From positions 55,659-99,718 of the forward strand of contig JAHDGS010000001.1 in assembly GCA_020627505.1 (NCBI GenBank): DNA of 44,060 nucleotides, given 5' to 3'. Both the position numbers and the translations under genes were made by a program. Source of the DNA: Myxococcota bacterium. GTDB lineage: Bacteria; Myxococcota; UBA727; JAHDBA01. The notes below the pieces were generated by a model. It made no database searches. It was given only the letters and a program-made list of their open reading frames with translations, and was not told where the DNA came from. Below, in pieces: positions 38,128-44,060 of the stretch (position 1 is the stretch's first letter; the number at the start of each line of letters is the position of its first letter).

Positions 38128-38796
38128 ATGCATTCGAAAGAAACATCACTCACACTTTTTCGGCAAGAGCTACTCAAAAACAATCATCGTCAGCTTCGGT
38201 TACTCGATAAGCTCATTATTTTGAGTGGTGGTGGTGTCGCGTCGTTTATCTCGATTTTCATGCTCGTCGGTATTATTGAAGTCCTATATGTTATTCCAAG
38301 ACAGCTTGTCTCAGGAGATATAGGTGTTGCAGGTTTTCTACTCATTCACGGTGGGATGTTTGCCGGTATTCCAAGTATATTCTTTTTTATAGGGTTAAAA
38401 AAACGACGCAGTGTCATTCACTTACTTGAACGTGGCCGTACAGTGCGCGGTACTGTTCAACAAGGACGCAACACCGGGCTCAGCGTCAACGGCCAACCGG
38501 AGAAATATTACACCCTTCAATTTACATTGCCGAATGGCACAGCCGTGACTGCTGAGGATAAAACACTTAAACATTGGGCGGTCACCGATGATGTCAAAGA
38601 GTTAATTTTATACAACCCAAACTTTCCAGCAGAAGCGGTCATGGTGGATGGTTTAACGACGTCGCTCAAAATCGACGAGCGCTTGAAAGAGGTCCGCTTT
38701 TCTTCTTGGCGGTACCTCGGTTTTATAGGTCCTGCTATCGTGATCGCTGCTATCTTGTGCGCCCCTGTTTATTGGGCTTATCTTTTCTTCGTTTAA
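38128..38796 (+). CDS. Membrane protein, DUF3592-like, tandem paralog
   Basis: Same motif series as the preceding gene (DKL, LLERG..V.G.V, ILYNP..P..AV.VDGL). Confidence 0.75.
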   Translation: MHSKETSLTLFRQELLKNNHRQLRLLDKLIILSGGGVASFISIFMLVGIIEVLYVIPRQLVSGDIGVAGFLLIHGGMFAGIPSIFFFIGLKKRRSVIHLLERGRTVRGTVQQGRNTGLSVNGQPEKYYTLQFTLPNGTAVTAEDKTLKHWAVTDDVKELILYNPNFPAEAVMVDGLTTSLKIDERLKEVRFSSWRYLGFIGPAIVIAAILCAPVYWAYLFFV

Positions 38797-38844
38797 ACTG
38801 CTTTTCAATACCTCGTCTTGGGCTTAAACTCATATAAAGAGGAT

Positions 38845-39387
38845 ATGATGAAAAAGATACTCGCATTTGGTGCAAGCAATAGTTCTCGCTCGATTAACAA
38901 AACCTTCGCGACATATGTCGCGAATCAGCTCAACAGTGTTGAGGTCAATCTCATCGATCTCAACGACCTTGAAATGCCAATCTATAGCATCGATAGAGAA
39001 GAGGCCGATGGAATCCCCGAGCTAGCGCATCGGTTTCGACAATTAGTTGCAGAATCAGATGGTATCGTTGTGTCGTTTGCCGAACACAACGGTTCTTATG
39101 CAGTCGCCTTCAAAAATATATATGATTGGGCATCCCGTATTGATGGAAATGTTTGGGCTGGTAAACCACTATTCTTGCTTGCCACATCTCCTGGCGGACT
39201 TGGTGGGAAGTTTGTATTAGAAGCAGCGACCAATCGATTCAGCTTTCAGTATGAAGCACCGATTGTTACATTTTCGTTGCCGAGTTTTCAGAAAAATTTC
39301 TCAGCCGAAGACGGTGTAATTGAACCAACGCTAAAGGCCACTTTATCAGAAAAAGTCGCCGTGTTTCAAAAGGCGCTTGATGCTTGA
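38845..39387 (+). CDS. NADPH-dependent FMN reductase
   Basis: ILAFGASNSSRSIN, AEHNGSY..AFKN..DW.SR, ATSPG..GG; AGAGG RBS. Confidence 0.93.
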   Translation: MMKKILAFGASNSSRSINKTFATYVANQLNSVEVNLIDLNDLEMPIYSIDREEADGIPELAHRFRQLVAESDGIVVSFAEHNGSYAVAFKNIYDWASRIDGNVWAGKPLFLLATSPGGLGGKFVLEAATNRFSFQYEAPIVTFSLPSFQKNFSAEDGVIEPTLKATLSEKVAVFQKALDA

Positions 39388-39413
39388 AAAAGTTCCGAAA
39401 ATCTAAGAAACCC

Positions 39414-39755
39414 ATGTACTGCGTCATCTACAAGTTCAAAGCGAAGCCAGGATTCGAAGAACAGTTCGAAAAGAATTGGCGTATCCATACAGATAACATC
39501 TACAAGCATCTTGGCAGCCTCGGTTCTCGCCTTCATAAGCTTGATGAAGAAAGAAGCTATATGGCCTATGCGCAATGGCCTTCAAAAGATGTGTATGCAT
39601 CAGAAAAAACTGAGCACATGACCCAGTTCTCAGATGCCGACCTGCTAGCACAAAAGAACCTTGCTGATTCTTTAGAATCTAGTGAAGTCATTTTTGAAGG
39701 TGAAGTGATTGACGATCGGCTAGAGGTGGTCACCCATATTCATGACCTTATTTAA
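39414..39755 (+). CDS. Antibiotic biosynthesis monooxygenase (ABM)-like small protein
   Basis: VIYKFK.KPG.EEQF...W, GSLGSRLH, AYAQWPS. Confidence 0.8.
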   Translation: MYCVIYKFKAKPGFEEQFEKNWRIHTDNIYKHLGSLGSRLHKLDEERSYMAYAQWPSKDVYASEKTEHMTQFSDADLLAQKNLADSLESSEVIFEGEVIDDRLEVVTHIHDLI

Positions 39756-40007
39756 GATTCTGATAATGATGACGTCATTTTTCTCATACCTATAAAACAC
39801 GAAATGTTTTTGACTGGTGATAAAACGATATCCTTTCTTAGAATATGGAAAGTGTCGACCCAAATCATACTCACAAATCTTTTGTTCAATATCATGGTAC
39901 AATCGGTCAATATACTTATCTGCCTGATGGACGCCCCACTGCTGATATGAATAATGATAAATTGACTCGAGATCTTCTTCCGCTAGTGGAGTGAATTTTA
40001 TATTCAT
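39720..40007 (-). CDS. parE: Type II toxin, ParE/RelE family
   Basis: FTPLAEEDL.SI..YS...WG..QAD.Y, H.VFYR, IIRIL...M. Confidence 0.92.
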   Translation of the reverse strand: MNIKFTPLAEEDLESIYHYSYQQWGVHQADKYIDRLYHDIEQKICEYDLGRHFPYSKKGYRFITSQKHFVFYRYEKNDVIIIRILNKVMNMGDHL

Positions 40008-40017
40008 GAGCTAGGAT

Positions 40018-40278
40018 TTACTGAAAGTCGTTGTTGGATATTTTCTCTTTCATTCTTAATTTGAAATCATCTTTCGCGACTTTTCGTGGTTCACCGCTCT
40101 CTTCTCCAAGTCGCAATGCCTGATTCATTGAGTCGATATATTGTTGTCTATCTTCTAATAATCTTAACGCAGAACGTATGACTTCGCTCACAGAGGCGTA
40201 TCGACCAGAGGCAACCTCAGCCTTCAAAAAAGTATCGAAATGATCTCCTAAAATGATTGATGTATTTTTCGCCAACAT
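40018..40278 (-). CDS. parD: Type II antitoxin, ParD (CC2985-type RHH)
   Basis: KNTSI.LG.HF..F, V.SGRY.S.SEVIR.ALRLLE, L..GE.SG; GAGG RBS before ATG 40278. Confidence 0.93.
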   Translation of the reverse strand: MLAKNTSIILGDHFDTFLKAEVASGRYASVSEVIRSALRLLEDRQQYIDSMNQALRLGEESGEPRKVAKDDFKLRMKEKISNNDFQ

Positions 40279-40292
40279 AAACCTCATTCTAA

Positions 40293-40313
40293 ATATACCA
40301 TATTCTGGTATAT
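40293..40313. promoter_or_regulatory. Probable ParD autoregulatory operator
   Basis: Perfect inverted repeat ATATACCA-N5-TGGTATAT 15 nt upstream of the parD start. Confidence 0.65.
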
Positions 40314-40387
40314 CTATCAAACCTCCTTTATACCTTCCGATTGAACTTGAGGATTCGTGTGTTTAAATCTCGGAAAAGATGATTTAT

Positions 40388-40509
40388 TTACCCTAAAAGA
40401 GCTTCTGATACCCGATTTTCAGCTTCATGGAGCGTAATGCCATTGTAAAAATCTTTTACCAGCCGCCATGGCTTTCGCCGCAGGTTGTACAGTTGTATTT
40501 TTGATTCAT
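40388..40509 (-). pseudogene. Internally deleted DUF2199-like gene
   Basis: MNQKYNCTTCGESHGGW* fused out of frame to LVKDFYNGITLHEAENRVSEALLG*. Confidence 0.65.
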
Positions 40510-40576
40510 TGTTCGAAGAATAACTCTTCTATTGATAATGTGCAGAACGGATATCTTTAGCTCTTTCACCTTTTAA

Positions 40577-40630
40577 CCCTTCGACTCTTCGACCCTTCGA
40601 CAAGCTCAGGGCATCGCAAGCAGAGGGACC
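40577..40630. repeat. Nested REP-like palindrome (CCCTTCGACAAGCTCAGGG type)
   Basis: CTTCGAC three times at 8-nt period, intact CCCTTCGACAAGCTCAGGG core, degenerate outer right arm AAGCAGAGGGACC. Confidence 0.6.
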
Positions 40631-40661
40631 AACAAAATTTTATTCGTATAACCCGAATGCG

Positions 40662-40759
40662 GAAGCCGCGGGACGCGATTGGGGTGACGTGGAGTGGAGT
40701 TGGGGTGAATGTTTTGGCGGCATGCACGGCAAAACAGAGGGGGCTGCATCAGCCCCTCT
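40662..40759 (-). repeat. Structured dispersed repeat, copy B, directly 3' of SRP RNA
   Basis: GAAGCCGCG..TTGGGGTGA(x2)-TGTTTTG(13 nt)CAAAACA-GAGGGGGCTG(CAT)CAGCCCC; covaries with copy A. Confidence 0.75.
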
Positions 40760-40768
40760 AATAAATAA

Positions 40769-40847
40769 AGCCCCGCACATGACGCCGAACCCTACCCTTG
40801 CTCTGTTCCCAGCCTGGGGGAGTTCAGGACGACGCCATTGCGAGGCC
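40769..40847 (-). ncRNA. ffs: Signal recognition particle RNA (small, 4.5S type)
   Basis: Helix 8 motif CAGG-CTG-GGAA-CAG-AGCA; closing stems GGCCTCGCA/TGCGGGGCT and ATGGCGTCG/CGGCGTCAT. Confidence 0.88.
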
Positions 40848-40937
40848 TGGAGGATCGAGAGGGATTCGAACCCTCGGTACGTGTGAACGCACACACGCTT
40901 TCCAAGCGTGCACCTTCAGCCACTCGGTCACCGATCC
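40848..40937 (-). tRNA. tRNA-Ser(GGA)
   Basis: Acceptor GGATCGG/TCGATCC, anticodon arm CACGC-TTGGAAA-GCGTG, long variable arm, GGTTCGAATCC, encoded CCA. Confidence 0.97.
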
Positions 40938-41134
40938 GTGAACTTTCAGTTAGCATATCCAACCAAAATCACCAGGAAATATTCATGATATCCAGTATCA
41001 GAGAGAGCAAAGGATTCCAGCAATATGCTGCACTCTAACCAGCTGATTTAAATAGATTATTTATTCTGTCTTTCCATGTCGACCATCTTGATCATCCCCG
41101 TCAAAAAGCTAGTCTCTGCAAGTAAGGAGTTTTT

Positions 41135-42727
41135 ATGAGTACAGATTTTTCCCCCCCAGAAGATTTATTTGGTGAGAACGAAACATCGCCTTCGGCATCA
41201 GCGCCCCAAAATAACAATCAAGGGCGAACTTTATTACTTCGCTTTATATCGGGATTATTCCTTTTCTTTGTCGTTGTTGCAGCGGCCATTATTGGATTTT
41301 TCACAGTCGCATCACTGACTGATAACTGGACCGAAGCTGGCATCTTTATCAAACTTCTCATATTTGTCGGTGCATTTGTCATTGGTGTCTTCGTGCCTGT
41401 TGTTGCAGCCCTATGGATGCGGAAACAATTACTCAAAACATCGATTTCTGGTCCTTGGCGACGCACCTTGCTTTATATCACTGCGGCAGCCGTTCAAATC
41501 GGCTTCGTTTCGACGATATTTTATATCAGCTCCAAACAACCTGCCGATGTGAGCTTTAAGGCACAGGAAATAGTGAAAGAAGAATTTGGTGAAGTGCCGG
41601 TCGTCAGCTCGACGTTAGATAAAGCGACAGCGCTCCTCACAGAAAACGAAACACATGTTGTGACTGAGCAAAACCAACCCAAAAAAACCGAGCCAACAGG
41701 GAATGCACCTGCCGAGGTAGAAGTTTTAGAGAAAGAAGAAGGGCAACTTGAATCTGATCCTGAATCAGTGCCAACACAAGATGCTCCTGTTCAGGAAAAA
41801 GAAGAAGACCAGGTCGAGTCTGGTCGTGAACCCATGCCAACACCCGCACAACTCGCAAAAGATGAAGGGACAGAAACCATAGAAGGCGCACTTGAAAACG
41901 CACGCGAACAGGATCGCGACGACGAACACGAAAATCTTGGCGACGCCAATATCGTTTCTCCTACAATCAAAACGACAGATAGCGAGTTCATTCTGTCCTA
42001 TACCGACCTCGAAGGTCAGCCACAACAAAAGGCATATGACATTTCATCGTTGCGCTATGAAGGAAAGCTATCTGAACGTTTTCATATGGCTGCAACCGGT
42101 AACGTCATCACAATTATCGGTGGACGTACTCCACTCGCTTTTTTACCAGACCTTGATGATCCTGTTGCGATACCAGCTCTCAAAGTCGGCTCCACAATCA
42201 CTGATTTCGGAACCATTCTTCAACTTCATCAAGTCTTTATCGCTTCAACTGGTGCCGTTGTTGCCGAAGTCACACTTGCTGATGATTCAAACAAAGCCAA
42301 AAAAGCCATCGTTCTATCGAATGTTGAAACCCCGAATCAGGCATCGATAAGCCGCGTGACAGGTATGGATATTCCAGGAAGGAATCTCGCACAATCAACT
42401 GACATCACGATAAACGATGTCAGTGAACATGGTCGTGTTGTTTTACGTGAATCATTCGAACTCGGCGTGAAGAATAAGACACAAGGCCGATACCAACAAC
42501 GCTTACTATCTGGCGTCATTGATAATATGAAACATATGGTCGAAAAGGCCTCAACTGAAACTCGACTCAGCTTTGGCGCACAAGTCTATGATATGTCGAA
42601 ATTCCTGTCAGTCGTGATAGACGATGAAGGATTTATCTTCTTTGAAGCTGAACTAACAACCAAAGGCCAGCAAAGCTTCTCAATCTCTCCTTTAGGTGAT
42701 ATTGAAGTGGTGAACCCAGGCGAATAA
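41135..42727 (+). CDS. Hypothetical membrane protein (3 TM, acidic linker, beta-rich C-terminal domain)
   Basis: AAGGAG RBS; 530 aa; three hydrophobic helices; imperfect 22-aa tandem repeat in the linker. Confidence 0.85.
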   Translation: MSTDFSPPEDLFGENETSPSASAPQNNNQGRTLLLRFISGLFLFFVVVAAAIIGFFTVASLTDNWTEAGIFIKLLIFVGAFVIGVFVPVVAALWMRKQLLKTSISGPWRRTLLYITAAAVQIGFVSTIFYISSKQPADVSFKAQEIVKEEFGEVPVVSSTLDKATALLTENETHVVTEQNQPKKTEPTGNAPAEVEVLEKEEGQLESDPESVPTQDAPVQEKEEDQVESGREPMPTPAQLAKDEGTETIEGALENAREQDRDDEHENLGDANIVSPTIKTTDSEFILSYTDLEGQPQQKAYDISSLRYEGKLSERFHMAATGNVITIIGGRTPLAFLPDLDDPVAIPALKVGSTITDFGTILQLHQVFIASTGAVVAEVTLADDSNKAKKAIVLSNVETPNQASISRVTGMDIPGRNLAQSTDITINDVSEHGRVVLRESFELGVKNKTQGRYQQRLLSGVIDNMKHMVEKASTETRLSFGAQVYDMSKFLSVVIDDEGFIFFEAELTTKGQQSFSISPLGDIEVVNPGE

Positions 42728-42744
42728 TATACGGACAATCATAT

Positions 42745-43914
42745 ATGACAAAGCAATCTTACTTATTTACAAGCGAATCTGTCACAGAGGGCCACCCTGA
42801 TAAAATGGCTGACCAAGTTTCTGATGCCATCTTAGACGCCATCTTAGAAGCGGATCCAAATCCTCGTGATGCACGTGTCGCGGTGGAGACCCTTTTCAAA
42901 ACCGGCTTTTGTATGGTGGCTGGCGAAGTGCGAACGCAAGCATGGGTCGATGTACCGGCGATTGTTCGAAAAACGATTTGTGAGATCGGTTATACATCAT
43001 CTGATATGGGTTTTGACGGCACAACATGTGGCGTCATGTCTGCGATTGAAGGTCAATCGCCGCATATTGCGATCGGTGTTGATGCAGCTGAAGAAAAAGA
43101 TATGGGCGCCGGTGACCAAGGTTTGATGTTCGGTTTTGCTTGTAACGAAACAGAAGAACTCATGCCGCTTCCGATTGCGCTTGCACATCATTTAACAAAG
43201 AAACTTTCGACAGTTCGAAAAAATGGAACATTACCTTGGGTCCGTCCTGATGGTAAAAGTCAGGTCAGCGTTCGTTATGAAAACGGAAAGCCCGTTCATA
43301 TTGATGCCGTCGTTTTATCGACACAGCATGCTGAATCGATCGAGTTGGGTGACTTACGAGATGCACTTCAAAAAAATGTAATTGAGACAGCATTACCTCC
43401 TGAACTCATCTCAAACAAAACAGAATATCATATCAACCCAACGGGTATATTTGTGGTCGGTGGTCCAATGGGCGACGCAGGTATCACAGGCCGAAAAATT
43501 ATTGTTGATACCTATGGTGGCATGGGTCGCCATGGTGGTGGTGCATTCTCCGGTAAAGATGCCTCAAAAGTTGATCGTTCAGCAGCCTATATGGCCAGAT
43601 ACGTTGCTAAAAATATTGTCGCGGCAGGTCTTGCAGAACGCGCTGAAGTTCAGCTTGCATATGCGATCGGTGTCGCCGATCCTGTGAGTGTTTTGGTTGA
43701 CACCTTTGGCACCAACCAAGTTGATGAAGAAAAGATCGAAAACGTTGTTCGTGAACTCTTTCCGCTGAAACCAGCTGGACTGATCGAACACCTTGGTCTT
43801 ACCAAACCGATTTTTCGCCCAACGGCGGCCTATGGTCATTTCGGTCGCTCTGAAGCATCATTTACATGGGAACGTGCAGATATGGTCGAGCACCTCAAAG
43901 GTGCACTTTTATAA
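42745..43914 (+). CDS. metK: S-adenosylmethionine synthetase
   Basis: [39 protein letters not shown]. Confidence 0.99.
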   Translation: MTKQSYLFTSESVTEGHPDKMADQVSDAILDAILEADPNPRDARVAVETLFKTGFCMVAGEVRTQAWVDVPAIVRKTICEIGYTSSDMGFDGTTCGVMSAIEGQSPHIAIGVDAAEEKDMGAGDQGLMFGFACNETEELMPLPIALAHHLTKKLSTVRKNGTLPWVRPDGKSQVSVRYENGKPVHIDAVVLSTQHAESIELGDLRDALQKNVIETALPPELISNKTEYHINPTGIFVVGGPMGDAGITGRKIIVDTYGGMGRHGGGAFSGKDASKVDRSAAYMARYVAKNIVAAGLAERAEVQLAYAIGVADPVSVLVDTFGTNQVDEEKIENVVRELFPLKPAGLIEHLGLTKPIFRPTAAYGHFGRSEASFTWERADMVEHLKGALL

Positions 43915-44060
43915 ATGCGGTCAGAGGGTTTGCCCAACTGGATTGAGCGTTGTCTCGCCGGCATCGCCCTCATCGTACTATCGCCGTTACTTATCTTAAT
44001 CGCCTTCATCATTCGACTTGAAAGTCCCGGGCACCCAATATTTAAACAACAACGTGTTGG
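43915..44060 (+). CDS. Bacterial sugar transferase (phosphoglycosyl transferase), truncated by the window end
   Basis: Hand translation MRSEGLPNWIERCLAGIALIVLSPLLILIAFIIRLESPGHPIFKQQRVG; starts right after the metK stop. Confidence 0.85.
   Translation, partial: MRSEGLPNWIERCLAGIALIVLSPLLILIAFIIRLESPGHPIFKQQRV

Noticed and set aside
40640-41038. Short ORFs over the tRNA/SRP/repeat region, and the many antisense ORFs across the window
   Set aside because: They overlap RNA genes or well-supported CDSs and have no recognisable motifs.
42728-42744. SAM riboswitch before metK
   Set aside because: Only 17 nt intergenic and no SAM-I/II motifs seen.
1-44060. CRISPR array, prophage, integrase or IS element
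   Set aside because: No regularly spaced repeats, phage genes, recombinase or transposase motifs were recognised, and no duplicated tRNA 3' end was seen.

Overview
Gene-dense bacterial chromosome segment of moderate GC. The gene content (Cys-rich lipoproteins, tandem PilZ, groES next to a conserved hypothetical) suggests a Myxococcota/deltaproteobacterium-like host, but this is inference. Housekeeping genes: groESL, rpsF-rplI (no rpsR), ilvA, tsaD, dapD, gyrA, glnA, hemJ, rpmG (missed by the ORF track), lpdA, creBCD-like, metK, tRNA-Ser(GGA) and SRP RNA. The best candidate for a new system is a minus-strand operon: an anticodon-domain-less Asx-tRNA-synthetase paralog, a eukaryote-type fused OPRT-ODCase (UMP synthase) and a class 1A dihydroorotate dehydrogenase. 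It is preceded by an apparently leaderless leader ORF that reads through two tandem U-tract terminators, like the pyrBI attenuator. This suggests the synthetase paralog may feed dihydroorotate into pyrimidine synthesis. Other notable items: a TPR-DUF455(diiron)-ATP-grasp operon; a covarying multi-hairpin element present twice, 40 kb apart; a catalytically dead L,D-transpeptidase-like lipoprotein; a Fur-type box at lpdA; and a small accessory islet (ParDE, deleted DUF2199 gene, nested REP) behind tRNA-Ser/ffs. All family calls come from motif recognition by eye; no searches were run.
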